Origin: an uncultured bacterium
GTDB lineage: Bacteria; Bacteroidota; Bacteroidia; Bacteroidales; Bacteroidaceae
DNA length: 64,000 nt
Assembly (NCBI GenBank): GCA_946546825.1
Contig: CAMNOK010000001.1
Location: 12,956 to 76,955 of the forward strand
Direction of reading: 5' to 3'
The notes beneath the pieces were generated by a model. The model was not told where the DNA came from. It worked only from the letters and a program-made list of their open reading frames with translations, and did no database searches. Of this stretch, positions 27,582 through 37,397 are shown in pieces (positions within the stretch are counted from its first letter, which is position 1; each line of letters begins with the position of its first letter). The position numbers and the translations under genes are program-made.

Positions 27582-28987
27582 TTCTTTAATTTGAAAGAGT
27601 TCTCTATACTCCTCACTTCATCGAGGAAAGAGTGGTCTATCTTCATTCGTTGTTCTACCTGTGCACAACTGTGTAAGACTGTACTATGGTCACGGCCTCC
27701 AACCATTTTACCGATACGGGATGCAGGTATCTTGGTCAACTTCTGCGCAAAATACATAGACACTTGTCTGGCCGTTACCAACTCACGCTTACGGCTTTTA
27801 CTGTTCACTGCAGAAGTCGTTACATTAAAATGATGACAAACAGTCTCCATGATTTCGTCAACAGTCAATGGCCTGTCATCGGCTTTGACAGCACGTTTGA
27901 TAACACGTTCCGCCAAGCGCATGTCAACAGGGCTGTTATAGACAACACTATATGCCATCAGCGAGTTGACGACTCCTTCCAGATCACGAACACTGCCATT
28001 GGCTGACTCTGCAATAAATACCACGACTTCCTCTGGAATCTGAAGACCGTCTCTTCGAATCTTGCTATTCAGAATATCTATACAAAGTTGCTTGTTAGGC
28101 TTCTCAAGTTCAGCTATCAATCCACAAGAGAAACGAGTGAGCAGTCGTTCTGGCATTCCCTTTAGATCCACAGGAGGACGATCACTGGCCAAAATGATAC
28201 GTTTGCCGTTTCTAAACAAATGATCGAAAATGTGGAAGAAAGTATTCTGTGTACCCTCTTTACCCATCCACTCCTGAATATCATCTACAATCAAGACATC
28301 AATGGTTTGATAGAAAGCGATGAAGTCATTGAAATGGTTTTGTCTGACAGAATTGGTGTACTGAACCTCAAAGAGACGTGCACTGATGTACAGCACTCGC
28401 TTTTGAGGATAGAGTTGCTTAATGCGAACACCTATCGCATTGATGAGATGAGTCTTACCACAACCAGAGGGGCCATAGATAAACATCGGGTTGAACTGAC
28501 TGCTTTGCGGATGCTCTGCAATGGACATGCCGACACTGCGCGGCAGCTTATTTGTATCGCCCTCAATAAAATTATTAAAGTTCTGATGAGGATTCAACTG
28601 AGGGTCTAAATCCTGAGGGACAGCCGCATCTAAGGCTGTAGGAGACTGATTGGCGCGAGTTTGAGCCTGTACGGCTACTCCGTCAGCTGCTTCTTCTCCT
28701 TCTATAATCTGCGTACCATTGTGTTCCTTATCAACAATGACGCGATAGGCCAGACGCACACCAGTACCAAAGGTTCGTCTGAAGACTGTACTCAATAAGT
28801 CCAAAAAGTTCTCCTCCAGGTACTCGTACACGAACGGACTGGGCACCTGAACCAACAAAGTCTTCGTCTCCTCTTTGAAAGACTCAAAGACTATGGGCTT
28901 GAACCATGTTTCAAACTGCTGCTCGGTTACATTCTCACGGATAAGCGTAAGGCTGTTATCCCAAGAAGCTTTAGGACTTATTTTCAT
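27578..28987 (-). CDS. dnaA: Chromosomal replication initiator DnaA
   Basis: FETWFKP, NPMFIYGPSGCGKTHL, IVDDIQ, VRDLEG and GGRDHSTVLHS. Confidence 0.98.
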   Translation of the reverse strand: MKISPKASWDNSLTLIRENVTEQQFETWFKPIVFESFKEETKTLLVQVPSPFVYEYLEENFLDLLSTVFRRTFGTGVRLAYRVIVDKEHNGTQIIEGEEAADGVAVQAQTRANQSPTALDAAVPQDLDPQLNPHQNFNNFIEGDTNKLPRSVGMSIAEHPQSSQFNPMFIYGPSGCGKTHLINAIGVRIKQLYPQKRVLYISARLFEVQYTNSVRQNHFNDFIAFYQTIDVLIVDDIQEWMGKEGTQNTFFHIFDHLFRNGKRIILASDRPPVDLKGMPERLLTRFSCGLIAELEKPNKQLCIDILNSKIRRDGLQIPEEVVVFIAESANGSVRDLEGVVNSLMAYSVVYNSPVDMRLAERVIKRAVKADDRPLTVDEIMETVCHHFNVTTSAVNSKSRKRELVTARQVSMYFAQKLTKIPASRIGKMVGGRDHSTVLHSCAQVEQRMKIDHSFLDEVRSIENSFKLKK

Positions 28988-29046
28988 TTATAAATAAGAA
29001 TATTAACTTACTTAATATGTCTTTCAATCTTTAGTTATTGTCGTTG

Positions 29047-29078
29047 CAAAATTAAGAAAGATTTTTGGAATACACAAA
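29047..29078 (-). promoter_or_regulatory. dnaA promoter
   Basis: Minus strand TTTG (29078-29075), 20-nt spacer, TAATTTTG (29054-29047). Confidence 0.7.
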
Positions 29079-29356
29079 TCATGTTTTTTTCTCAATGATG
29101 GCAGAAAATGCTCAAAGTCTTTATATAAAGCTATTTAGCCATGATTTGATGGACCAGCATCAAAAAGTCTCATTTGCATAATTGTAAGTTCTTGAATTTC
29201 AAATGCTTAATAAAGATTTTGCGCTCACACCCCATGAAGTGAAACATTTCAACATGCTTCTTTAAAAGCATTAAATATCAAGCTGTTCGACAAAATAACC
29301 AATGTGAAACATTTATTTTTTTATTTAGACTTATTTTATATTACCTTGATGATCAA

Positions 29357-30256
29357 TTATTCTTTCTTTCCAAACACAGAGAAGTGAACATAACGCTTCG
29401 GATGCTGACGAAGATCTATCAGAAGAGTGTCTGCACTTTTCATGGTATGGTTCAGTTGATGATAGAGTTGCGGATCATTCATCAGCAGGCCAAGCGTGCC
29501 TTTGTTGTCATTCAGCCGTTCTGTCAAGAGCTTGACATTGGTAATGGTTTGGTTCACCTCATTCATCGTTTGCTGCAAGTCAAGTTCTGCCAGATTACCA
29601 GACAATTGTTCAGCATTGGCCAACACTTTGTTGGTGCGTGTCAGTACAGTGGGAACATCACGATTAAGCGATGCCATAAGGGTGTTTAACTCTTCCGAGG
29701 ATGTTTTCAGATTAGCAGAAACCCCTTCTATGTTATGAAGGGTTTGTTTGATAGAAGGGTCTGCCAGCAACATGTTCAGACTGGCCAGAATCGAGTCGAG
29801 CTTCGGTAACAATTTCTCCACATCGGGAATCATGGCAGCCAGACGTCCCAGATTTCCAGAGTTGATAGCTCCGATGATGGTATCACCGGGTTCCACACGC
29901 TTTCTCGGATTATTAGCCAGCAGAAGATTCATCTTGACATTTCCCATCAAGTCACTGACAATCTCTGCTGATGTTCCTTCCGGTATGCGCAGGTTTTTAT
30001 TGACACTGAAACACACCACGATGTCATCATTGGTATCATAATTATAACTGATTCCTTTGACAACACCCACCTGGTATCCGTCGGCGAAGATTGGATTTGA
30101 AGCCGACAATCCACTTATATCCTTGAATGTAATGTAGTAATCATCGTCATCAGAGAAAATAGACAATCCCTTCAGGAAGTCCATACCTAAGAACAGCAAT
30201 ACCAACGCTGTCAGACCAACAATGGCAATCTTTACCTCTTTTGTTAAAAATTTCAT
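29357..30256 (-). CDS. MlaD/MCE family protein
   Basis: N-terminal TM, GLSASNPIFADGYQVGVV MCE motif, coiled-coil tail ending DLRQHPKRYVHFSVFG. Confidence 0.9.
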   Translation of the reverse strand: MKFLTKEVKIAIVGLTALVLLFLGMDFLKGLSIFSDDDDYYITFKDISGLSASNPIFADGYQVGVVKGISYNYDTNDDIVVCFSVNKNLRIPEGTSAEIVSDLMGNVKMNLLLANNPRKRVEPGDTIIGAINSGNLGRLAAMIPDVEKLLPKLDSILASLNMLLADPSIKQTLHNIEGVSANLKTSSEELNTLMASLNRDVPTVLTRTNKVLANAEQLSGNLAELDLQQTMNEVNQTITNVKLLTERLNDNKGTLGLLMNDPQLYHQLNHTMKSADTLLIDLRQHPKRYVHFSVFGKKE

Positions 30257-30274
30257 CTTTTGTCTATGTTCTTT

Positions 30275-31480
30275 TTACTTGTTTTCTTTAATTGCATCGT
30301 TAACATTCACCTTCTGTCCATTCTTGAAAGCAATGATGAATGCCTCAGGAAATTTCTCCAACAGTTTTTTTCGTAAACGTACTATCTCACGATAATTCGT
30401 CGAAGCTCCGACCGTATATTTCACAAGACCTCCCTCTGCATAGCAGTCAAAATCCTCTATGCCCTTCAACCTGGCATCTTTGCTTTTCAGCTTTCTGCCC
30501 GAAGTTAAAATTTGAACTTTAAACACAGCCTTTTCATTCTTTTCGATGTCTGGAGATTTCTCAACGGTTTTCTCGCCGGATTTCTCATCCATGACAGGGG
30601 TCTCAGCTTTCTCCTCTTTAGCTTCATGAGATGTTGGATTCCTTTGAACAGGGTCTTCAGGAGTATTCATCTCCAGTGGCCGATAAGGGGAGTTGATGGC
30701 ATGATGTTTATTCTTATAAGTAATGAAAGCATTATAGAAGCCTCGCGCATACTTGCTCGTTGAAGACTCGTCATTCATAAATCGTTCTTCGTCAGCTGTA
30801 GAAATAAAGCCCAATTCCATCAGACAACCAGGCATGGAGGTCAGTCTAAGCACGGCAAGGTTGTCCTGGTGTGCTCCCATGTCCTGGCGACCCGTAGCCT
30901 GACATACATTGCGTTGCAGGTAGCGAGCCAGTTCTGCACTTAGTTCCATGTTTTTATCCTGTATAAACTCAAACATGATATTGCTCTCAGGCGAGTTGGG
31001 GTCAAAGCCCTGGTAGGTCTGCTTATAGTCTTTTTCCATGAAAATGACAGCATTCTCGCGCTTTGCCACTTCAAGATTCTCAATATAGCCTCTTCTGTTT
31101 CCGTCGCGGAGACTTCTGCCAAGTGTGTAAGTCTGGAAGCCGCGTGCAATACGCTTATTGGGCAATGAGTTGATATGCACCGAGACAAAGAGGTTTGCCT
31201 TGTGGTTGTTAGCAAAGTCAGCCCGTTCCTTCAAGGTCAGATATTTATCAGTCTTTCTCGTATATAAGACTTTCACGTCTGGACATTGTCTCTCTACAAG
31301 CTGGCCAAAGGCCAGTGCATAGCGTAGAGTTAGAGTCTTCTCTTTGGTGACAGCACCGACACATCCGGAATCATGACCACCATGTCCGGCGTCGATAACC
31401 AGAACAAACTGGTCACCAGCCACAGCAACCTTGACCGAGAGCAACAAGAGAGCAACGAACAGACAATATGTTTTTTTCAT
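30275..31480 (-). CDS. N-acetylmuramoyl-L-alanine amidase (Amidase_3)
   Basis: VIDAGHGGHD, FVSVHINS and LMELGFIS; signal peptide. Confidence 0.93.
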   Translation of the reverse strand: MKKTYCLFVALLLLSVKVAVAGDQFVLVIDAGHGGHDSGCVGAVTKEKTLTLRYALAFGQLVERQCPDVKVLYTRKTDKYLTLKERADFANNHKANLFVSVHINSLPNKRIARGFQTYTLGRSLRDGNRRGYIENLEVAKRENAVIFMEKDYKQTYQGFDPNSPESNIMFEFIQDKNMELSAELARYLQRNVCQATGRQDMGAHQDNLAVLRLTSMPGCLMELGFISTADEERFMNDESSTSKYARGFYNAFITYKNKHHAINSPYRPLEMNTPEDPVQRNPTSHEAKEEKAETPVMDEKSGEKTVEKSPDIEKNEKAVFKVQILTSGRKLKSKDARLKGIEDFDCYAEGGLVKYTVGASTNYREIVRLRKKLLEKFPEAFIIAFKNGQKVNVNDAIKENK

Positions 31481-31863
31481 CCTTTGTATTCCTTATTATT
31501 TGTCAGATGCAGCTCCACGCCAGCACCTTCACAGTCTCCTCCCATCGGAGGATTTATCTTATAGAGCGTGATATGGACGGAACTGATCAGCTCGAACCGT
31601 TCCATCAGTCGGTCAGCAATCCTATAGGCAACACTTTCCAACAGTCGGCCCGGCAGATCCATTTCCTTTTTTACCAGGTCATACACCTCAGCGTAGTTCA
31701 AGGTGTCGTTGACATCGTCAGAGAGACATGATTTCTCCAACGGATATGCCAAGCGCAGACTTACTTCATAGTCGTTGCCAACCACACGTTCCTGCTCCAT
31801 GACGCCGTGATAGGCATGAAACCGAAGATGTCTCAGCAAGACCGTTCCTTCTTTTACGATCAT
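31477..31863 (-). CDS. folB: Dihydroneopterin aldolase
   Basis: FHAYHGVMEQER, DTLNYAEVY, LLESVA and KINPPMG. Confidence 0.93.
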   Translation of the reverse strand: MIVKEGTVLLRHLRFHAYHGVMEQERVVGNDYEVSLRLAYPLEKSCLSDDVNDTLNYAEVYDLVKKEMDLPGRLLESVAYRIADRLMERFELISSVHITLYKINPPMGGDCEGAGVELHLTNNKEYKG

Positions 31864-31876
31864 ACCTTGCGGGATT

Positions 31877-32401
31877 TCAATCAGACACCTTTCCGTCCGG
31901 ATATTCCGTCATGCTTTCATCAGCAGAACCCTCTGAAGAATACTTCTTCAAAGCCTTAACCACACCAGACTTCCATGTATTGATACTTTCGTCGCGCAGG
32001 TCGAGTGAGGAAACCAACTTGATCACATGGTCGATAGGCATCCCGTAGCGCAAGACCCCGGAAATCAGCTTTGCATAGTTCCAACATTCTGGATTAAATT
32101 TCTCAGAGAGGCCTTCCACCGTAATTTTATAGCCACGACGGTTTTCAAACTGGAAGTCATAGCGTTTAGTCCCGTCTTCATTGATCTGCTTAATGATTTT
32201 CCCCTTGGTCACAGTCTTAGGAAGCACGATACCCTCTTCGTCATCCTGCAGTCCCGTGAAGATTTCATAGGGACGGTTGTTGAGCAGACCGACAAAGGCC
32301 ACCCACTTCTCTTTATTGTTTTGGAAGCGGACCACATCACATTCCAGTTCCTTCGGACGCACCTCGGTAACTTCCATTTTGTTTATTTCTTGGTAATCCA
32401 T
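31877..32401 (-). CDS. Stand-alone C-terminal (TSCPD-like) domain of class II B12-dependent ribonucleotide reductase
   Basis: RPKELECDVVRFQNNKEKWVAFVGLL..PYEIFTG...WNYAKLISGVLRY matches the Bacteroidales NrdJ C-terminus as I recall it; catalytic barrel and terminal Cys cluster absent; start placed at MDYQE (32401). Confidence 0.78.
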   Translation of the reverse strand: MDYQEINKMEVTEVRPKELECDVVRFQNNKEKWVAFVGLLNNRPYEIFTGLQDDEEGIVLPKTVTKGKIIKQINEDGTKRYDFQFENRRGYKITVEGLSEKFNPECWNYAKLISGVLRYGMPIDHVIKLVSSLDLRDESINTWKSGVVKALKKYSSEGSADESMTEYPDGKVSD

Positions 32402-32427
32402 TGACAACAGCTCTTTTGATTTGTTTG

Positions 32428-32486
32428 CAAAATTACAAAAAACTTTCATCTTTCATCTTCCATCTTTCATCTTTTTTATACCTTTG
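32428..32486. promoter_or_regulatory. Back-to-back -7 promoter elements separated by a CTTTCAT heptamer array
   Basis: TAATTTTG (minus, 32435-32428), TACCTTTG (plus, 32479-32486), four heptamers at 32443-32470. Confidence 0.6.
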
Positions 32487-32514
32487 TATCAAAATAGAGA
32501 AATCAATACACAAA

Positions 32515-33258
32515 ATGGAAACCATCAATACCAGAAGAAGCATTCGCCGATATGCCAACCGTGATGTTGAGCCCCAACTGCTCAACCGACTGCTCACCGA
32601 AGCCGAGCGCACTCAGACCATGGGCAACCTGCAGCTCTACAGCGTCATCGTAACACGTTCCAAGGAGATGAAAGCCCGCCTTGCTCCCGCCCACTTCAAT
32701 CAGCCGATGGTCTGTCAAGCACCGGTGGTGCTGACCTTCTGCGCCGACTTCCGGCGCACCACCCGCTGGGCAGAAGAGCGACAGGCTGCGCCAGGCTATG
32801 ACAATCTTCTCTCATTTATCAATGCCGCCTCCGACACCTTATTATATTGTCAGACCTTCTGCAACCTGGCAGAAGAAGCCGGACTGGGACTCTGCTACCT
32901 GGGCACCACCGTCTATATGCCCAGCCAGCTCATCGACATCCTGCAACTGCCCCGTCTGGTCTTCCCCGTTGCCACCATCACGCTGGGCTGGCCCGATGAG
33001 ACCCCCGCCCTCTCCGACCGCCTGCCGCTGGAGGCCATCGTCCATGAAGAAACCTATCAGGACTACACCCCCGAGCGCATCGACGCCCTCTACCGCGAGA
33101 AAGAGTCATTGCCCGAGAACCAGGAGTTCGTACGCATCAACCAGAAGCAAACCCTTGCTCAAGTTTTCACCGACTGCCGCTACACCCGCAAAGACAACGA
33201 AGCCCTCTCTGCCACCCTGCTGCAAGCTCTCCAGAAACAGGGATTCATGGAGAAGTGA
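32515..33258 (+). CDS. Nitroreductase family (NfsA/Frp-like) flavin oxidoreductase
   Basis: RRSIRRY, TMGNLQLYSVI, GLGLCYLGTT and SDRLPLEAIVHEETY; start re-assigned to 32515. Confidence 0.9.
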   Translation: METINTRRSIRRYANRDVEPQLLNRLLTEAERTQTMGNLQLYSVIVTRSKEMKARLAPAHFNQPMVCQAPVVLTFCADFRRTTRWAEERQAAPGYDNLLSFINAASDTLLYCQTFCNLAEEAGLGLCYLGTTVYMPSQLIDILQLPRLVFPVATITLGWPDETPALSDRLPLEAIVHEETYQDYTPERIDALYREKESLPENQEFVRINQKQTLAQVFTDCRYTRKDNEALSATLLQALQKQGFMEK

Positions 33259-33490
33259 ACAACAAATCATCATCACGAAAAAGAAAGTTCTCTCGCGCGC
33301 GCGTGCGCGCACTCAGAAAGTTTTTTTTTTGATTTTTTCCTCATTTCCTCATTCTGCGAGCTGAGATGCCGATAAACAAAGGCTTTGCGGGGTGTGAGGA
33401 AATTGTGAGGAAATGAGTTAATATTTCTTAAATCGCAGTTTTTCCTTCAAAAAAGGAAGAGAAAATGGGGGAAAAGTGAGAAAAAAAAAC

Positions 33491-33526
33491 TGTTGTCCTC
33501 ACGGCTGCAAGGCCGTGAGGACAACA
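33491..33526 (-). terminator. Intrinsic terminator of the gatC-like/kduI/exuT operon
   Basis: tgttgtcctcacggc / gccgtgaggacaaca stem; A9 at 33481-33489 is the U-tract on the minus strand. Confidence 0.8.
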
Positions 33527-33546
33527 ATGATATGAGTAGGACAACC

Positions 33547-35007
33547 TTAACTTACTTCAATAGGTTTATACTTCGGTACAAGCATCTTCATGACAACCCA
33601 CCCGATGAGGTAAGCCACGGCACAATAGCAGAACACAATCATGTAGCCGGCAGGCTTGCCTGTCTCGCCAAAGAAGGCAAAGGCCTCGCCTTGGGCTTCA
33701 GCATAGTCGAACAACACACCGGAAATCTTGTTGATGGCAAAGCTGCAAAGACCGCCAAACATCGTTCCGATACCGGTGATGGTTGCCACTGCCGATTTGG
33801 GGAACATGTCGCCAATGGTAGAATACAGGTTCGCCGACCAAGCCTGATGACCTGCTCCTGCCAGACCGATGATGACGGCTGGTATCCATGGGGAAATTCC
33901 GGACAGGGGCTGGGCAAACATGGCAAAGATGGGGAAGAATGCAAATATCAACATGGCACGCATGCGGCCAATGTAGGGATTCATGCCACGCTTCTCAACA
34001 AACAGCTTGGGCAGATATCCGCCATAGATGCTGACTACCGTTACGATGAGGTAGAGCACAAAGAGCAACATCTTACCCGTCATGGTGGTGACAGGATAGC
34101 CCAGTGAGTTGAAATAGTCAGGTGCCCAGAAGAGGAAGAACCACCACACACCGTCGGTAAACAGTTTGCCCATGATAAAAGCCCATGTCTGCCGGTACTT
34201 AAAGCAATCCCAAAGAGACAACTTGATTTCATCATCAGCATTGTTTGGGGTTTCAGCTTGACTCGTTTCTGCATCTTTGTCGGATTCGATATAGATGAGC
34301 TCTGCTTTGTTGACAAAAGGACTCTTGGCTGGTGACGTATAGACAAACACCCAGACTCCTGCCCACACAAAGCCGATGACACCGATGATGATGAAGGCCA
34401 TTTCCCAGCCGAAGGCGTCAGCCAGTGCCGGGATAGTGAGCGGTGCTATCAGGGCTCCGATAGAAGCACCGGCATTGAAGATGGAGGTGGCCAAGGCACG
34501 GTCTTTCTTGGGAAAATACTCAGCAGTGACCTTGATGGCTGCAGGGAAGTTGCCCGACTCACCCATAGCCAGAATCATGCGACAACCGATGAAAAGCCAC
34601 ACGCTGGCAGTCAGCCCGAAGAGGCCCACCTGTGAGGCCTTCTCGACCATGCGCAGGGTTTCTATGCTGTCAATGTCGTTCAACCAACAGGTGGCAACGC
34701 CACAACCTGCGTGCAGACAAGCACCGATACTCCACACGACAATAGCCCATATATAACCTTTCTTAGTGCCCATCCAGTCTATGAAGCGTCCGGCAAAGAG
34801 CGAGATGAAAGCATAGAAGAGAGAGAAGATGGCAGTGATGGTACCATAGTCATCATTATCCCAGTGAAACTCCGTAGAGATATAGTTGGTGTTGAGTAAA
34901 GACAACACCTGACGATCCATGTAGTTGATGGTGGTGGCCATGAACAACATGGAACAGATTACCCAACGATAGTTGGACATCTTTGTGGATGGTTGCATGG
35001 GACTCAT
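33547..35007 (-). CDS. MFS hexuronate transporter (ExuT-like)
   Basis: INYMDRQV, GESGNFPAAIK, EYFPKKDRA and HQAWSANL; adjacent to kduI. Confidence 0.85.
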   Translation of the reverse strand: MSPMQPSTKMSNYRWVICSMLFMATTINYMDRQVLSLLNTNYISTEFHWDNDDYGTITAIFSLFYAFISLFAGRFIDWMGTKKGYIWAIVVWSIGACLHAGCGVATCWLNDIDSIETLRMVEKASQVGLFGLTASVWLFIGCRMILAMGESGNFPAAIKVTAEYFPKKDRALATSIFNAGASIGALIAPLTIPALADAFGWEMAFIIIGVIGFVWAGVWVFVYTSPAKSPFVNKAELIYIESDKDAETSQAETPNNADDEIKLSLWDCFKYRQTWAFIMGKLFTDGVWWFFLFWAPDYFNSLGYPVTTMTGKMLLFVLYLIVTVVSIYGGYLPKLFVEKRGMNPYIGRMRAMLIFAFFPIFAMFAQPLSGISPWIPAVIIGLAGAGHQAWSANLYSTIGDMFPKSAVATITGIGTMFGGLCSFAINKISGVLFDYAEAQGEAFAFFGETGKPAGYMIVFCYCAVAYLIGWVVMKMLVPKYKPIEVS

Positions 35008-35008
35008 T

Positions 35009-35983
35009 TTACTTGATGTCTATAACGGGAATGTTGTCTTTGTCGTTGTAGTACAAGTTCTCACCGGCCATACCCCAGATGAAGGTATAGTAGTAGGTAC
35101 CGGCTGCAGCGTGGATGCTCCACTCTGGCGACATGATGGCTTGTTCGTTATGCAGCCATACCACCCTGCTCTCCTGCGGCTCGCCCATGATGTGGGCAAT
35201 GGTCTGTTTTTCGGGGAGGTTGAAGTAGTAGTAGGCCTCGATGCGACGTCCATGGGTATGGGGCGGCATGGTGTTCCAGGCAGCACCCGGGTTCAGTTGG
35301 GTCAAACCGAGTTGCAGCTGGCAGGGTCCTTCCTCCAGCACGTCGTTTACAATGAGCTTATACACCGTACGGTTATTACACTCTTCCAAGGAGCCCACTG
35401 GTCCCCAGACGGCAGCTTTTAGTGAACCTTTCCGACCGTCGAGGGTTATCCACTGAGTCTTATAGTGCTGATGGGCCGTAGCAGAGTTCAGGTAGAACTT
35501 GGCAGGCTTCTGAGCATCCTTTGAGCGGAAAATCACCTCTTTGTTCACATCCTTGTCTTTTCCAATGTGGCCACGCCCAATGTAGAGGGCCTCTTTGGGT
35601 GACAGGGCATACTCCTTTCCATCGACGATAACCCATCCGTCGCCCTCGCCGCAGTTCACCACGCCGAGCTCACGGTTATAGAGGAAATATTTGTCTTTGA
35701 TGGTGGGGTCAACATCGAGTCCCAATTCCAGGAAGTTCTCCAGTTTCAAGTCTTTAGTCACCGGCATGGCACCACCGAAGATGAAGCGGTCGTAATGAGA
35801 GTAGGTCAGGTGGATTTTGTCGGCCTCCATCACTTTCTCCATCACGAAACGGTCGCGCAGCGTCTTGGTGTCATAGTGCTTCACATCTTCCGGATGGCAA
35901 GCCGTCTGGAACTTCACATCCTGCTGGGCGTGCAAGCCCAGCGCGCCCATGAGCAGGGCAGAAACGATAAAAACTTTTTTCAT
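35009..35983 (-). CDS. kduI: 4-deoxy-L-threo-5-hexosulose-uronate ketol-isomerase with an N-terminal signal-peptide-like extension
   Basis: [41 protein letters not shown] and WGMAGEN; start taken at MKKVFIVS (35983). Confidence 0.92.
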   Translation of the reverse strand: MKKVFIVSALLMGALGLHAQQDVKFQTACHPEDVKHYDTKTLRDRFVMEKVMEADKIHLTYSHYDRFIFGGAMPVTKDLKLENFLELGLDVDPTIKDKYFLYNRELGVVNCGEGDGWVIVDGKEYALSPKEALYIGRGHIGKDKDVNKEVIFRSKDAQKPAKFYLNSATAHQHYKTQWITLDGRKGSLKAAVWGPVGSLEECNNRTVYKLIVNDVLEEGPCQLQLGLTQLNPGAAWNTMPPHTHGRRIEAYYYFNLPEKQTIAHIMGEPQESRVVWLHNEQAIMSPEWSIHAAAGTYYYTFIWGMAGENLYYNDKDNIPVIDIK

Positions 35984-35996
35984 GTTGATAGGTTGT

Positions 35997-37361
35997 TTAT
36001 TTATTTTTTTCATCTTTCACAATACGCATGCGGTTCCAAACCATCATGACGACGGTGACGAGTGAGAGGATGCCCATGCCTATCCACTGGAGGTATTTCA
36101 CGCAGGCATAAATGACATAGCCGAGAAGCGACGACGCAAAATCAAGGGCGCCGCCCAGGAAGCCTTCAGGAATCTTTGCTGCCGATGCTGTCGGGTCTGT
36201 CTTATAGACCTCATTGGCTGCCAAGGTGAAAGCTGAAGCCATATCGGTCACGAAATAGAGTCCCACGATGAGGGCCACCAGACCGATGACAAGACTCTTC
36301 ACCACGTTACCCTTCGTATAGGGAAGAATCAGGGGGAAGAGATAGAACATGCCGGCCAACGATGCCAGGGGCAAGAACTGGTTGCCGGGTATAAACACAG
36401 CGATGGCCAGGATGACGGGTATGAGAATGACGGAACACACCAACGTCGTGGGATGGCCGATGACCAATGCCGGCGACATGCCGATATAGACCTTCATACC
36501 GCCGAAACGCTTTTTGGCCACCTCCTGCGTCTTTTCTGCAATGGGCTTCAGACCGTCGATAAACAGGGAAGTGATGCGAGGAATGAGCTCCATCACGGCA
36601 CCCATTGTCACACCGAGGAACAACACTTTCTTGATGTCGAGCTGTGCGGCCCACCCGATGAGCACGCCCACGATGACGCCCAGCACCAAGGGTTCGCCCA
36701 GCACGCCGAACTTACGCTTCAGTCCCTCGGCGTCGATGTCAAGCTTCGAGAAACCGGGGATGCGGTCAAGCAGCCAGTTGATGCCCACGGCAAACAACGT
36801 AAAGCTCTGACAGAAAGGCTGCGGTATGGAAATGCCCTGCAGGTCGTAGTGTTGCTGGAACTTCTCTGCTGTGAGGTCGGCCATCACCAGCGTGACGATA
36901 TAACACACGATGGCGGCGAAGTACCCCCACAACAGGCTCTGACCCATCACGAAGTAGGCCACGGCCCCGATGAAGGCAAAGTGCCAGTAATTCCACAGGT
37001 CGATGTTGATGGTGCGCGTGCACTTGGTAAGCAGCATCAGCAGATTCACACCCAGACATATAGGGATGATGAGTGCTCCCACCGCTGTGCCATAGGCCAC
37101 AGCAGCCGCAGCTGGCCAGCCCATGTCAAAGACTTGAAGCTCCAGGTCGTAGAGCTTGGAGATCTCCTTCAGAGGTCCTTCGAAGTTGTTGGTAAGCAGA
37201 GCCGTTACGATGCCCAGTCCCACGAATCCTACTCCGACGTAGAGTCCCGACTTGAGCGACTTACCGAATTTCATGCCGATGCACAACCCGATGATTGTAA
37301 ACAAAATAGGCATCATCACACTGGCGCCCAGACTGATGATGTAGGAAAATACCTGTTCCAT
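35997..37361 (-). CDS. PTS galactitol-family EIIC (GatC-like) membrane protein, with no IIA/IIB genes nearby
   Basis: [37 protein letters not shown] and GHPTTLV. Confidence 0.85.
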   Translation of the reverse strand: MEQVFSYIISLGASVMMPILFTIIGLCIGMKFGKSLKSGLYVGVGFVGLGIVTALLTNNFEGPLKEISKLYDLELQVFDMGWPAAAAVAYGTAVGALIIPICLGVNLLMLLTKCTRTINIDLWNYWHFAFIGAVAYFVMGQSLLWGYFAAIVCYIVTLVMADLTAEKFQQHYDLQGISIPQPFCQSFTLFAVGINWLLDRIPGFSKLDIDAEGLKRKFGVLGEPLVLGVIVGVLIGWAAQLDIKKVLFLGVTMGAVMELIPRITSLFIDGLKPIAEKTQEVAKKRFGGMKVYIGMSPALVIGHPTTLVCSVILIPVILAIAVFIPGNQFLPLASLAGMFYLFPLILPYTKGNVVKSLVIGLVALIVGLYFVTDMASAFTLAANEVYKTDPTASAAKIPEGFLGGALDFASSLLGYVIYACVKYLQWIGMGILSLVTVVMMVWNRMRIVKDEKNK

Positions 37362-37397
37362 AAAATTTTCTTATTCTTCTTAAAATATGTCTAATGA

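Noticed and set aside
28988-29356. oriC or parS upstream of dnaA
   Set aside because: AT-rich, but I found no TTATCCACA-type boxes; two gtgaaacattt copies (near 29239 and 29304) are only parS-like half-sites without the full palindrome
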